From Rickettsia conorii (GTDB lineage Bacteria > Pseudomonadota > Alphaproteobacteria > Rickettsiales > Rickettsiaceae), in NCBI GenBank assembly GCA_020726135.1, contig DYTE01000002.1, positions 5,739 to 69,738 on the forward strand: DNA of 64,000 bases. The letters are read 5' to 3'. The notes under the pieces were generated by a model, which made no database searches, had not been told where the DNA came from, and saw nothing but the letters and a program-made list of their open reading frames with translations. The translations under genes were made by a program, and so were the position numbers. How positions within the stretch are numbered: the stretch's first letter is position 1; every line of letters begins with the position of its first letter. Of this stretch, positions 41,580-52,538 are shown in pieces.

Positions 41580-42527
41580 ATGCAAGAAAAAAAATATGAA
41601 ATCATATGGCCTGTTGATGCGCTTAAAATCCGTCTTGACAAGGCTATTACTATGTCACTTGATTATTCTAGATCAAAAATTCAGAATGCAATAGAATTGG
41701 GTCAAGCTTTAATAAATAACGTTATTATTACAGATGCTTCATTTAAAGTAAAACCAGGCGATATTATAAATATTAATATTGAGAAATATGAAAAACCTAT
41801 TAATTTAATACCAAGTAATGTTGCTCTTGATATTATTTATGAGGATGATGATTTGATTATAATCAATAAAGAAGCTGGCATGTGCACACATCCTGGTTTT
41901 GGTAATTATGAAGATACATTAGTTAATGCATTGATTAGCAGAACTAATCTGTCAAATATTGGTGATGGAGAGCGACCTGGTATAGTTCATAGGCTTGATA
42001 AGGATACATCAGGTCTTATGGTTGTTGCAAAGAATGATTATGCTCATCAACATCTTGCAAATCAGATTGAAACTAGGATAATTGTTCGTAAATATAAGGC
42101 TCTTATTTGGGGAGTGATGAATCCACTTTCTGGAACTATTGTAAAAAATATAGGTCGTAGCCCCTTGAATAGGACAAGAATGTGCACTCTAGACGTGGGT
42201 GGTAAACATGCTATCACTCATTATAATACTGATGATATATTTTATAGTGGTGCAATTTCAATGGTCGAATGTAAGCTTGAGACTGGTCGTACTCATCAAA
42301 TTAGAGTACATTTAAGTAATTCAAAACATTCGATTGTCGGAGATCAAACATATGGTCATAATAGTCGTAAAATTTTACAAAGTACTAATATATTGCAACA
42401 AAAGCTAGAAAATTTCAAACGTCAAGCTCTTCATTCGTTTTATATTCAATTTATTCATCCCACAAAAAATAATATTATGGAGTTTAATTCCAATCTTCCA
42501 AATGATATAGTGGCAATTATTTCATAA
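41580..42527 (+). CDS. rluD: 23S rRNA pseudouridine synthase, RluD/RluA family
   Basis: It has an N-terminal S4-like domain. The catalytic motif is HRLDKDTSGLMV, followed by GRTHQIRVH. Confidence 0.9.
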   Translation: MQEKKYEIIWPVDALKIRLDKAITMSLDYSRSKIQNAIELGQALINNVIITDASFKVKPGDIININIEKYEKPINLIPSNVALDIIYEDDDLIIINKEAGMCTHPGFGNYEDTLVNALISRTNLSNIGDGERPGIVHRLDKDTSGLMVVAKNDYAHQHLANQIETRIIVRKYKALIWGVMNPLSGTIVKNIGRSPLNRTRMCTLDVGGKHAITHYNTDDIFYSGAISMVECKLETGRTHQIRVHLSNSKHSIVGDQTYGHNSRKILQSTNILQQKLENFKRQALHSFYIQFIHPTKNNIMEFNSNLPNDIVAIIS

Positions 42528-42565
42528 ATATGCTAAATTAATAGAATAATTTATTGAGTAATATT

Positions 42566-43273
42566 ATGAAATATAAAAGAGTTTTACTGAAAATATCAGG
42601 AGAAGCTCTAATGGGCGATAAGGAATTTGGGCATTCATATGAAATTATTAAGCAAATAGCAGATGATATATTGGAAGTCCAAAAAATGGGAATTCAAGTG
42701 TGCGTAGTTGTTGGTGGTGGAAATATTTATCGTGGTTCCATGTCTAAAGATCTTTTTTTAGATCGTGTGTCTGCTGATCATGTTGGAATGTTAGCAACTG
42801 TCATGAATGGACTGATAATGAAAAATATATTTGAATCATTATCAATTACCACTCGTGTTTTATCTCCAATTCATATGATTGATATTTGTGAACCTTATTC
42901 AAGAGACAAAGCATTGAGATATATGGAAAAAAATATATGCATTATTTTTGCTGGCGGAACTGGCAATCCTTTATGTACAACAGATAGTGCCGCTGTGCTT
43001 CGTGCCATTGAAATGAATTGCGATTTATTATTAAAAGCAACAAAAGTTAATGGAGTTTATGATCTTGATCCTGTCTCAAACTCAAATGCTATAAAATATA
43101 ATAAAATAACATATAAAGAAATTTTACAAAATAATCTATCTGTGATGGATATGTCGTCTGTTGCTAGTGCAATGGAACATAAATTACCAATAATTGTTTT
43201 TTCTATTAAGGAAAAGGGCAATTTTGCTAAAATAATTAATAATCAAGGCGAATATACAAAAATTGAGGAATAA
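42566..43273 (+). CDS. pyrH: UMP kinase
   Basis: The sequences [12 protein letters not shown] and [10 protein letters not shown] are the PyrH consensus. I prefer the ATG at 42566 to the TTG at 42554. Confidence 0.95.
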   Translation: MKYKRVLLKISGEALMGDKEFGHSYEIIKQIADDILEVQKMGIQVCVVVGGGNIYRGSMSKDLFLDRVSADHVGMLATVMNGLIMKNIFESLSITTRVLSPIHMIDICEPYSRDKALRYMEKNICIIFAGGTGNPLCTTDSAAVLRAIEMNCDLLLKATKVNGVYDLDPVSNSNAIKYNKITYKEILQNNLSVMDMSSVASAMEHKLPIIVFSIKEKGNFAKIINNQGEYTKIEE

Positions 43274-43276
43274 ACT

Positions 43277-43837
43277 ATGGATAAATCACTATTAAAAAAA
43301 GAATTAAATGATAAAATGACAAATTCATTGAAAGTTTTAGATCATGAATTGAAAGGCCTTAGAACAGGTAGAGCATCAATTAATTTTTTAGATATTGTAA
43401 CAGTTGAAGCTTATGGAGAACGTATGCATTTACATCAAGTCTCTAGTTTAACTACACCAGATGCTAGAACAATTGCAATACAAGTTTGGGATAAAGCATT
43501 AGTTAAAGCAATTGAAAAATCTATTGTAGAAGCTAATTTGGGTGTTACTCCAAATGTTGATGGACAATTAATTAGAGTGGTAATGCCAATTTTAACTGAA
43601 GAAAGAAGAAAAGAATTAGTCAAACTTGCTCATAAATATGCAGAAAATAGTAAAATATCTATTCGTAATGTCAGAAGAGATGCAAATGAAGATTTAAAAA
43701 AAATGGAAAAAGATAATTTAATTAGTAAAGATGAGCATCATAATTTATCTGATGAAATACAAAAAATTACTGATGATTTTACAAAAAAAATTGACGATAT
43801 TATAAAACAAAAAGAAGTGGAGATCATGAAAGTTTAA
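43277..43837 (+). CDS. frr: Ribosome recycling factor
   Basis: The sequences LRTGRAS...LD...V.AYG and IRN.RRDAN...KK are the RRF consensus. It lies directly after pyrH. Confidence 0.95.
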   Translation: MDKSLLKKELNDKMTNSLKVLDHELKGLRTGRASINFLDIVTVEAYGERMHLHQVSSLTTPDARTIAIQVWDKALVKAIEKSIVEANLGVTPNVDGQLIRVVMPILTEERRKELVKLAHKYAENSKISIRNVRRDANEDLKKMEKDNLISKDEHHNLSDEIQKITDDFTKKIDDIIKQKEVEIMKV

Positions 43838-43850
43838 TTAAGACTTGTTA

Positions 43851-43891
43851 ATGTACTTTGTGTAAGTTATTGTTTTAAACACAGAGTACAT
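43851..43891. terminator. 13-bp-arm hairpin (ATGTACTTTGTGT ... ACACAGAGTACAT, one G-T pair) between convergent frr and iscS
   Basis: I read it directly from the sequence. The loop is 15 nt. There is no U-tract on either side. Confidence 0.4.
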
Positions 43892-43900
43892 AATAAAATC

Positions 43901-45154
43901 TCAGATCCATTTAATTTGACTTAAGTCAATACCTTCTTGGACCATTTCCCATAATGGACTTAAATTTCTTAAGTTTTGAATTTTTGATATAATAAGTTCT
44001 GCAGCATATTCAATTTCCTCTATTAACGTGAATCTACCTATACCAAATCTAATTGAGGTATGTGCTACTTCATCAGGAAGACCCATTGCACGTAATACAT
44101 AAGATGGCTCAAGAGATGATGATGTGCATGCAGAGCCTGATGATACAGCAATATCTTTAATAGCTAGAATAATAGACTCACCTTCAACATAAGAAAAACT
44201 AATATTTAAATTACCTTTATATCGAGAAACAGAATCACCATTTAAATATATTTCAGCTATTTCTGATTTCAGTTTTGCAAATAACATATCTGATAATTTA
44301 GTCACATGATCCATATCTTTTTGCATATCAGTCATCGCTATCTCTGCTGCTTTGCCAAGACCAACAATTAAAGCTGTTGGTAATGTACCAGATCTCATAC
44401 CTCTTTCTTGCCCACCACCATTAAATAAAGGAGAGAGTCTTACTCTTGGTTTTTTACGTACATATAGAGCTCCAATACCTTTTGGACCATATATTTTATG
44501 ACCAGATATACTAGCTAAATCTACATTCATTTCTTCTACATCTATTGGAATTTTACCAAATGCTTGAGCAATATCGCTATGAAAAAATATATTTTTTTCT
44601 CTGCACATTTTGCCAATTTCCTTAATGGGTTGAATCACACCTATTTCATTATTAACTGCCATAATAGAAACTAACATAGTTTTTTCATTCATAGCATTAG
44701 CTAATAACTCAAGATCAACAATACCATTAGATTTTATAGGTAAATAAGTTACAGAAATTCCATCTTGTTCTAAATGTCTACATGCATCTAAAACACATTT
44801 ATGCTCACTAACTAATGTAATTATATGATTTTTTCTATCACCATAAAATTTTGCCAATCCTTTTATAGCTAAATTATTAGATTCTGTTGCACCTGATGTA
44901 AAAATAATTTCACTAGGAGTGCAATTTATCAATTGCGCAATAGAGTTTCTAGCAGATTCAACAGCAGCTTCAGATTCCCAACCAAAAGAATGGCTGCGCG
45001 AATGAGGATTACCAAATTTTGTAGTAAAATAAGGCATCATGCTTTCAAGAACTCTTGGATCCATAGGAGTTGTTGCCTGATAGTCAAAATATAGAGGAAT
45101 AGTTAGTCCTTTTGACATTAATTTTTCTTTTAATTCATCAAGTTTATTAGTCAT
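43901..45154 (-). CDS. iscS: Cysteine desulfurase IscS
   Basis: The PLP-lysine motif is [15 protein letters not shown] and the active-site Cys loop is [17 protein letters not shown]. The C-terminus is typical of group I IscS. Confidence 0.94.
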   Translation of the reverse strand: MTNKLDELKEKLMSKGLTIPLYFDYQATTPMDPRVLESMMPYFTTKFGNPHSRSHSFGWESEAAVESARNSIAQLINCTPSEIIFTSGATESNNLAIKGLAKFYGDRKNHIITLVSEHKCVLDACRHLEQDGISVTYLPIKSNGIVDLELLANAMNEKTMLVSIMAVNNEIGVIQPIKEIGKMCREKNIFFHSDIAQAFGKIPIDVEEMNVDLASISGHKIYGPKGIGALYVRKKPRVRLSPLFNGGGQERGMRSGTLPTALIVGLGKAAEIAMTDMQKDMDHVTKLSDMLFAKLKSEIAEIYLNGDSVSRYKGNLNISFSYVEGESIILAIKDIAVSSGSACTSSSLEPSYVLRAMGLPDEVAHTSIRFGIGRFTLIEEIEYAAELIISKIQNLRNLSPLWEMVQEGIDLSQIKWI

Positions 45155-46256
45155 AAATATTATATATCTCTTTAAATGATTTTATAAAAAATTCTACTTC
45201 TTCTAAATTATTGTCTATATTGAAAGATACTCTAATTCCCGATCCATTATAATTTTTGCCAATTATAGCCTCCACAACATGTGATTTACCAATTTTACCA
45301 GATGAACAAGCTGAACCAGAACTAATTGCAATATTACGAAGATCAAATCCTATAAGTTTCTCCTGAGAATCACTACCTGGTATTATTATAAGGCTTGTAT
45401 TTGGAAGTCTATTAGCTTTATTTGATAATATACTAATATTTGAATATTTACTCAAACTATTTTCAAGTTTTTGTTGTAATATTCTTGTTTTATAAAAATA
45501 TTCTGTTTGTGCTCCCATTCCCAATTCGAAAGCTTTAGATAATGTTGCTATTGAAATTATATTCTCAGTACCAGATCTGATGTTCTTTTCTTGTCCTCCT
45601 CCTATAATCATTGATTTTGTAATAATATTTGATTTAGCAATAATTGCGCTAGTACCAAATGCTCCACCTATTTTATGTGATGATATTGTAGCAATATCAA
45701 TCATTAAATCGGAAATATCTATATTTATTCTACAAATAGCTTGAATAATATCGCTATGAAGAATAGCAGCAAATTTATGTGAAATATCAGATATAGCTTT
45801 CATATTCTGAATCACACCTGTTTCATTATTGGCTAACATTACTGATACAAGTTTTTTGCTATTATTACTATTTTTTAGCAATTCTTCTAAGTGCGATAAG
45901 TTTAATAAACCATTTTCATCAACTGAGATAATTTTAACATTTGCTGCATTATTATAAGCGAATATAGATAAATGTTCTATATTAGATATAAAAATATCAG
46001 CATCATTAAAATTATTAATTATAAGATTATTACTCTCAGTACCTGAAGAAGTGAAAATAACATCATATTGTCTATATGATAGAGAAAGTAACTCTAGTAT
46101 TTTATTTCTTGAATTTTCTATAATAGATTTAGCAAATCTACCATGATTATGAACAGATGATGGATTTAGATAATCATCCATCATAGAATTAATTAAATGC
46201 TTAACCTCAACTCTTATTTTCGTTGTGGCATTATGATCAAAGTAAATATTTTTCAT
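45147..46256 (-). CDS. NifS-like cysteine desulfurase (second copy)
   Basis: The PLP-lysine motif is SSHKIGG and the active-site motif is SSGSACSSG. It overlaps iscS by 8 nt. Confidence 0.85.
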   Translation of the reverse strand: MKNIYFDHNATTKIRVEVKHLINSMMDDYLNPSSVHNHGRFAKSIIENSRNKILELLSLSYRQYDVIFTSSGTESNNLIINNFNDADIFISNIEHLSIFAYNNAANVKIISVDENGLLNLSHLEELLKNSNNSKKLVSVMLANNETGVIQNMKAISDISHKFAAILHSDIIQAICRINIDISDLMIDIATISSHKIGGAFGTSAIIAKSNIITKSMIIGGGQEKNIRSGTENIISIATLSKAFELGMGAQTEYFYKTRILQQKLENSLSKYSNISILSNKANRLPNTSLIIIPGSDSQEKLIGFDLRNIAISSGSACSSGKIGKSHVVEAIIGKNYNGSGIRVSFNIDNNLEEVEFFIKSFKEIYNIYD

Positions 46257-46634
46257 AATAAATTATTTGTTCTTTAATTTTCATGAATCTCTGTGTTAAA
46301 TGAATTTGTAAGTGAATAATTTTGTCACATTTGTAAAATAAATAATAATATATTAGAATTTATTAATGACAATATTCTAAAAATTTTATATAAGGTTAAG
46401 TATTGCCTGTTGTGGTTAGAGAACAACAGGTCAAATACTTAGTTTGTAGTCCACGAAATGCAAGTTTGCAAAACTTGATTCCTCACAAGATACATATCAA
46501 AATCACAAGATACATATCAAACATGGAGTCTAGCGATAGGCTCCATGAATGTACAATATTGCATTATATTAGTCACTTAATTTTTATTTTATATATTAAT
46601 ATAAATAAATCATGTTGTAGAAATATCAACATTC

Positions 46635-47108
46635 CTATCTATGCATAGCTTTAGACAATGTTCGTGACTTTTCACGCTCCCATTCTCTGTCTTTAATAGT
46701 TTGACGTTTATCATGCAATTGTTTACCCTTTGCTATGCCAAGTTCAACTTTTACTTTATTTTGTGCATTAAAATACATAGATAATGCTATTAATGTATAG
46801 CCTTTAATACGAATTTTACCTATTATTTTTCTTATTTCTTTCTTATGTAATAATAATTTGCGAGGACGTCTTGTATTGTGATTAAATCTATTAGCTTTAT
46901 CATATTCAGCTATATGGCTATTATATAATAATATTTCATTAGCTTGATTTTCAGCATGACTATCCTCAATACTCACTTTTCGTGCACGTATTGATTTAAC
47001 TTCGCTTCCGCAAAGTACGATTCCAGCTTCAAAACGTTCTTCTATAAAATAATTAAATAATGCTTTTTTATTTTGTGAAATAATTTTTCTATATTCTGTC
47101 ATAATCAT
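46635..47108 (-). CDS. smpB: SsrA-binding protein
   Basis: The sequences NKKALFNYFIEERFEAGIVLCGSEVKS.R and LLLHKKEI are the SmpB consensus. Confidence 0.94.
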   Translation of the reverse strand: MIMTEYRKIISQNKKALFNYFIEERFEAGIVLCGSEVKSIRARKVSIEDSHAENQANEILLYNSHIAEYDKANRFNHNTRRPRKLLLHKKEIRKIIGKIRIKGYTLIALSMYFNAQNKVKVELGIAKGKQLHDKRQTIKDREWEREKSRTLSKAMHR

Positions 47109-49578
47109 TCTTAATTTTTGCTTGTGCGCTTGCTATTTTAGCTGTAAATATTCTATAAGGAGAACATGAAATATATTCAATGCCAAGTTTATGAAAAAAC
47201 TCTATTGATCTAGGATCACCTGCATGTTCTCCACATACTGATATTTTTAATTTCGGTTTAGCGCTTTTAGCGCTAGCTATAGCAATTTGCATTAATGTAC
47301 CAACAGCAATTTCATCTATTGAAACAAATGGATCATATTCAAAAATTTTATTTTCTATATAATTATTAATGAATTTTGCACCATCGTCTCGTGAAATACC
47401 AAAAGTTGTTTGAGTGAGATCATTTGTACCAAAACTAAAAAAATCTAATTCTTTAGCTAAATCATATGCTATGAAAGCAGCTCTTGGTAATTCTATCATA
47501 GTACCAATTTTATATCTAGCTTTATAATTATATTGTTTTTCAAATTTATCAGCTATTTTTAAAACTAATTGTTTTAATATCCTAATTTCTTCTATAGTGC
47601 TGACAAAAGGTATCATAATTTCGATATTAGTATCTTGTCCTACTTCATAAGCAGCTGTAAAAATTGCAATTATCTGCATTTCATAAATTTCAGGATAAGT
47701 AATAGCAAGTCTTACACCTCTATGTCCCAGCATAGGATTTGTTTCTTTATATTGATGATATTCTGAAGGTAAAAATTCATGTAAGGGAGGATCTAAAAGA
47801 CGTATATTAATTGATTTATTGCCAATTATATTAAATAATGATTTAAAATCTTCTACTTGTAAAGGAAGTAATTCAGTAATTGCATTATTTCTATCTATTT
47901 CATTAGTTGCTAAAATCATTTTTCTCATTAATAAAATTTTATTTGCTTCAAAAAACATATGCTCGGTTCTGCATAATCCAATAGAATGAGCTCCAAATAA
48001 TATCGATTTTGTACTATCTAAAATAGTTTCAGCATTAGCGCATATTTTCATGTTTGAAATTTCGTCCGCCCAAGATAAAATAATTTCCAATTCTTTATTT
48101 ATTGATGGCATAACTAGATTAATTGAGCCATTATATATTTTTCCATTTGCTCCATCTATAGTTATTATATCTCCTTCATGAAGTAGAATATTATTTAGCA
48201 ATATAGTTTTGTTGTGCTGGTTAATTATTAATTCAGATATGCCACATATAGCTGGAATTCCCATGCCTCTTGATACTACAGCAGCATGACAAGTTGCACC
48301 ACCATTCGCAGTGATGATAGCTTTTGACATATTCATAAGTTCAATATCTTCTGCGCTTGTCTCTCTTCTCGCTAGAATTAATTGAATATCTGGATTTTTA
48401 TTAAGCATTTCGATTGCAGATTTTTTGGATAATATAATTCTACCAATAACAGCACCAGGTGATGCTGCAATTCCAAAGCTAATAGGTTCTATAATATTTT
48501 TATCAGATATTTTAGCATGTAATAATTGATATAATAATTTAGTATCAATCCTCATTAATGCTTCTTCTTTAGAGATTAATCCTGATATATGCATATCTAC
48601 AGCTATTTTAATAGAAGCTGCAATAGTTCTTTGTGCATTTCTAGTTTGCAATATATATAGCTCTGATTCTTCTATTGTAAATTCTATATCCTGTACATCT
48701 TTATAATATTTCTCTAATTTAATGCAAATATCTGTCAATTGAGTAAAAATTTTTGGTTCTATTGATTTATCTGTAATTAAAATTGGTGTTTTTACACCAG
48801 ATACAATATCCTCACCTTGAGCATTAAAAATTATTTCACCGAAAATTTTTTGCTCACCTGTTGAAGGATTTCTGGAAAAAACAACACCAGTACCAGATGT
48901 TTCACTCATATTCCCAAAAACCATCATTTGAATATTAACAGCTGTCCCTAATGAATTATCTATATTATGTATTTTTCTATATGTAATAGCACGAGCGCTC
49001 ATCCAGGATTTTAAGATAGCTTCAATTACAAGCTCAAGCTGATCATATAAATCAATTGGTAATATTTGCTCTTCATGTTTTATTAGATCTTTAAGTAAAT
49101 TTACATTATCTAAATGTGAAATTTTAGAAGAATCAATAGATAGAACAATAGATGCGTATGATTTTAAAAAACATATATAAGAATTTAAAGCAAAATTTCT
49201 ATTATTTTGTTCATGAGCTAATATTTCACATATATGATCATTAATGCCAAGATTTAAAATAGTTTCCATCATACCAGGCATCGAAACGCTGCTACCAGAA
49301 CGCGCTGAAATTAATAATGGAGATTGATTTGAATTTGTAACTGCAAAGATTTTACCAGTAATTTGTTCTAATTTTTTTATTGCTGATTGTAACTCTTCTC
49401 TGAAATTTGGAGGAAAAGTAAAATTATTTTTATAATAATAATTACATAGATCTGTTGATAATGTAAACCCACTAGGTACAGGTAAGTTCATATTTACCAT
49501 ATGACTTAAACCAGCCCCTTTATTACCAACTATTTTAGGATCAAGATTTTCTCCAAAAAAAAATATGTAAGAATTCAT
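47089..49578 (-). CDS. ppdK: Pyruvate, phosphate dikinase
   Basis: The sequence GNKGAGLSHM is in the N-terminal ATP-grasp domain. The phospho-His region is GGATCHAAVVSRGMGIP. The C-terminal PEP-utilising motifs are FFSFGTNDLTQ and CGEHAGDP. Confidence 0.94.
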   Translation of the reverse strand: MNSYIFFFGENLDPKIVGNKGAGLSHMVNMNLPVPSGFTLSTDLCNYYYKNNFTFPPNFREELQSAIKKLEQITGKIFAVTNSNQSPLLISARSGSSVSMPGMMETILNLGINDHICEILAHEQNNRNFALNSYICFLKSYASIVLSIDSSKISHLDNVNLLKDLIKHEEQILPIDLYDQLELVIEAILKSWMSARAITYRKIHNIDNSLGTAVNIQMMVFGNMSETSGTGVVFSRNPSTGEQKIFGEIIFNAQGEDIVSGVKTPILITDKSIEPKIFTQLTDICIKLEKYYKDVQDIEFTIEESELYILQTRNAQRTIAASIKIAVDMHISGLISKEEALMRIDTKLLYQLLHAKISDKNIIEPISFGIAASPGAVIGRIILSKKSAIEMLNKNPDIQLILARRETSAEDIELMNMSKAIITANGGATCHAAVVSRGMGIPAICGISELIINQHNKTILLNNILLHEGDIITIDGANGKIYNGSINLVMPSINKELEIILSWADEISNMKICANAETILDSTKSILFGAHSIGLCRTEHMFFEANKILLMRKMILATNEIDRNNAITELLPLQVEDFKSLFNIIGNKSINIRLLDPPLHEFLPSEYHQYKETNPMLGHRGVRLAITYPEIYEMQIIAIFTAAYEVGQDTNIEIMIPFVSTIEEIRILKQLVLKIADKFEKQYNYKARYKIGTMIELPRAAFIAYDLAKELDFFSFGTNDLTQTTFGISRDDGAKFINNYIENKIFEYDPFVSIDEIAVGTLMQIAIASAKSAKPKLKISVCGEHAGDPRSIEFFHKLGIEYISCSPYRIFTAKIASAQAKIKNDYDRI

Positions 49579-49816
49579 TATTGTAACTATTTATTTACTA
49601 ATCCACACAGAATAGCATAATTTTTATTACAATTCTATAAATCTTATCATCACAATTCTTATTTTATATTAAACATTATCTGTACCAGTTCATATGGTAA
49701 CTAATTTTTATTTTAGTGACAAATTTAAATTTATGCACCAAAAACCAAATAAGATACAAAGTTCAATTAAGGACAATTAATTTGAATAAAATTAACTATC
49801 CTATAAATTAAGAATT

Positions 49817-51622
49817 CTAGTCGTTAAGGACAGTATCTTCCATAGAAATTTCTTGATTACTACTTCTAAAACTTTTAAGTTTTTTAGATCTACTAGGATG
49901 TTTAAGTTTTTGCAATGCTTTTGCTTCAATTTGTCTAATACGTTCCCTTGTAACTTTAAACATTTTTCCAACTTCTTCAAGAGTATGTTCGCTATTCATA
50001 CCTATTCCAAATCTCATACGTAAAACTCTTTCTTCTCTAATATTCAATGTAGAAAGTATACGTGTTGTAATTTCACGTAGATTAGATTGAATTGCTGCAT
50101 CAATTGGGGAAACTGCATTTTTATCTTCAATAAAATCACCTAATTGACCACCTTCATCATCACCTACTGGATTTTCCAAACTAATAGGTTCTTTTGCTAT
50201 TTTCATTACTTTAGCTACTTTCTGAATATTCATAGATAGACGTTCTGCAATTTCAGCTGGAGATGGTTCATATCCTTTCTCATTAAGCATTTGTCTAGAT
50301 GTTCGTACTATTTTATTGATAGTCTCAATCATATGAACAGGAATTCTAATTGTTCTAGCTTGATCTGCTATAGCCCTTGTAATAGCTTGTCTTATCCACC
50401 AAGTGGCATAAGTAGAGAATTTATATCCACGTTTATATTCAAATTTATCAACAGCTTTCATGAGACCGATATTGCCTTCTTGTATTAAATCTAAAAATTG
50501 CAAACCACGATTTGCATATTTTTTAGCTATTGATATGACTAAACGCAAATTAGCTTCTATCATATCTTTTTTAGCTTTTAACGTTTGGCGTTCACATTTT
50601 TGAATTGAATTTACTAATTTTTTGAATTCTAAAACAGGCATATCTATTTTTTCTTCAATAAGCTGGAATTCACGTATTATTTGATCTACTAACTTTGCTT
50701 CTTTTTTTAAGAATTCAATCCATCCAATTTTTTTTGATTGAATCATTTCTTTGCGCCATGCATCATTAATGATCTTTCCTGTATATCCATCTAAAAAATC
50801 TTGGCGTGTAATATATTGTTCTGCTATTTTAAGTAGAGATCTTTCTTTATTAATCAAATCTTTATTAATAACATATGTTTTTTCTAATATTTCTTCTGTT
50901 CTTTTGGGGTGAAAATGTATTTCAGAAACTTCCTTAACCAAACTATCAAAAAGTTTTTGATATTCTTGAGTATCATCTAATTTAGATAATTTAGGATAGT
51001 TAATATAATTTTCTTTTATTTTTTTCAGCATTTTTTCTGACATTTTAGAAATTTTGCTCATTTTATCTATCATATTATTGAGTATTTTTAACTCACTAGC
51101 TGATAAAGATGTTTCCTGTATTTCATTGTCTTCATCTTTATCATCATCATTTTCTGAAAGATCTTCCTCCGTTTCTTGGACAACATTAGTATCTAATTCG
51201 AGTAAATCACGAATATGCATACGGTCATTTGCAAGAAGATTATGCCATTTTATAAATAATCTTAATGCTATTGGATTTTTACATAATGATTTAATTGTAG
51301 TATCATGGCTTTCTTCAATTAATTTTGCTATTTTAGCCTCATCTTCTCTAGATAATAGCTCCACTCCGCTCATCGCTTTTAGATAAGCTTTAACAGGATC
51401 TTCACCAGTACCTTCTGTTTCAACAATATCAGTTTCTAACATTTCATCTGAATCGTTATGAGTATTGAGTAAACTCAATTCATTATTACCATTTTGCAAG
51501 ATAATTTCATCATCATCATCATATTCAACTATATGATCAATCGAAGATGTGCCAAATTTTGGTAATCTATCTAAGGATGTGTTCATTGTTGAAGTGATAT
51601 TATTTTTATTTTTGGTTACCAT
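49817..51622 (-). CDS. rpoD: RNA polymerase sigma factor RpoD
   Basis: It has region 2 ([37 protein letters not shown]) and region 4.2 ([22 protein letters not shown]). The N-terminal region is acidic. Confidence 0.96.
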   Translation of the reverse strand: MVTKNKNNITSTMNTSLDRLPKFGTSSIDHIVEYDDDDEIILQNGNNELSLLNTHNDSDEMLETDIVETEGTGEDPVKAYLKAMSGVELLSREDEAKIAKLIEESHDTTIKSLCKNPIALRLFIKWHNLLANDRMHIRDLLELDTNVVQETEEDLSENDDDKDEDNEIQETSLSASELKILNNMIDKMSKISKMSEKMLKKIKENYINYPKLSKLDDTQEYQKLFDSLVKEVSEIHFHPKRTEEILEKTYVINKDLINKERSLLKIAEQYITRQDFLDGYTGKIINDAWRKEMIQSKKIGWIEFLKKEAKLVDQIIREFQLIEEKIDMPVLEFKKLVNSIQKCERQTLKAKKDMIEANLRLVISIAKKYANRGLQFLDLIQEGNIGLMKAVDKFEYKRGYKFSTYATWWIRQAITRAIADQARTIRIPVHMIETINKIVRTSRQMLNEKGYEPSPAEIAERLSMNIQKVAKVMKIAKEPISLENPVGDDEGGQLGDFIEDKNAVSPIDAAIQSNLREITTRILSTLNIREERVLRMRFGIGMNSEHTLEEVGKMFKVTRERIRQIEAKALQKLKHPSRSKKLKSFRSSNQEISMEDTVLND

Positions 51623-51964
51623 TATATATCCTATTTAAATTTATTATTCCTAAATCAGCTATTTAAATAAAAATCTTATATTTGAATCTAGGATAATTTG
51701 ATTTTATTTACAAAATTTCATCCATTAATTTTTAACATTTCAATGTTTTATTTATAAAAAATTATTTATGAATTTAACATTAGCTTATGATTTAATATAT
51801 TTATTTTATTTTACTTTAAATATTATTAACTATAGTAGTGTTAATAAAAATTGACTATTTCGGATCCACAAATATTATGTTCTGGTGTGTAATAATACTA
51901 GAAAAATATTAAAAAATCTAGTATTTTCAATAGATTTAAAAACTCTCTTTTTTTAAACAGGTTT

Positions 51965-52321
51965 TTAACTATTATTTGTAATTTCTATTATTTGATCATA
52001 TAAATCTTGGCAAATTTTTTTCTTTTTATTCTCTATATTTTTTTTTACGATTTTTTTAGCAATGTCTATAGAATTATTATTTTTAATTTTCAATATCTCT
52101 TGCGAAGATATTTTATATATAGAACCTAGTTTCACTATATTTTTTTTTAAAACATATTGTTGATAATTTTTATGTTGCTTGTTAGAAAAATATTTTACAT
52201 TTAAAAATTTTTGATCCATGATTTTTTTATCATTATCAGTAATTTTAGATATATTTTCTTTATAAATATTAATTTGATTCAAAATAAATGTTTTTAAAAT
52301 CAAAAGTAACTTTAAACACAT
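51965..52321 (-). CDS. Hypothetical basic protein (118 aa) with hydrophobic N-terminus
   Basis: This is an ORF only. It is K/N/I-rich and I recognise no motif. It lies upstream of rpoD on the same strand. Confidence 0.3.
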   Translation of the reverse strand: MCLKLLLILKTFILNQINIYKENISKITDNDKKIMDQKFLNVKYFSNKQHKNYQQYVLKKNIVKLGSIYKISSQEILKIKNNNSIDIAKKIVKKNIENKKKKICQDLYDQIIEITNNS

Positions 52322-52475
52322 AATTATATAGATTATTAATAGAATTAAACTATTAATAAGTCTAGTACATAAATATATAGTATGTCAATAAGATAGAACG
52401 GATTTATGCCTCTTTATAAAGTTTTTATTACAAAAAGTTTATTTAATTACAATGATTTTTACATATTATGATTTC

Positions 52476-52504
52476 TTGACAGTCTAATACAAAAAACATA
52501 TTAT
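52476..52504 (+). promoter_or_regulatory. Sigma70-like promoter candidate for ffh (TTGACA-17 nt-TATTAT)
   Basis: It has a perfect -35 hexamer, a 17-nt spacer and a 5/6 match at -10. It ends 35 nt upstream of the ffh ATG. False positives are common in AT-rich DNA. Confidence 0.4.
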
Positions 52505-52538
52505 TATTAGATTGATATTTTAATAAAGTTTAACTCAT

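Noticed and set aside
46257-46634. Possible two-piece (permuted) tmRNA gene next to smpB
   Set aside because: On neither strand could I find a tRNA-like T-arm (GGTTCGA-type), an acceptor 3' end with CCA context, or a plausible tag reading frame ending in ...AA plus a stop. Adjacency to smpB alone is not evidence.
46403-46648. 81-aa + strand ORF in the smpB/desulfurase intergenic region
   Set aside because: It has a non-ATG start and no Shine-Dalgarno. It spans hairpins and a 20-bp direct repeat that is out of frame with itself, and its end overlaps smpB on the opposite strand. It is more likely non-coding.
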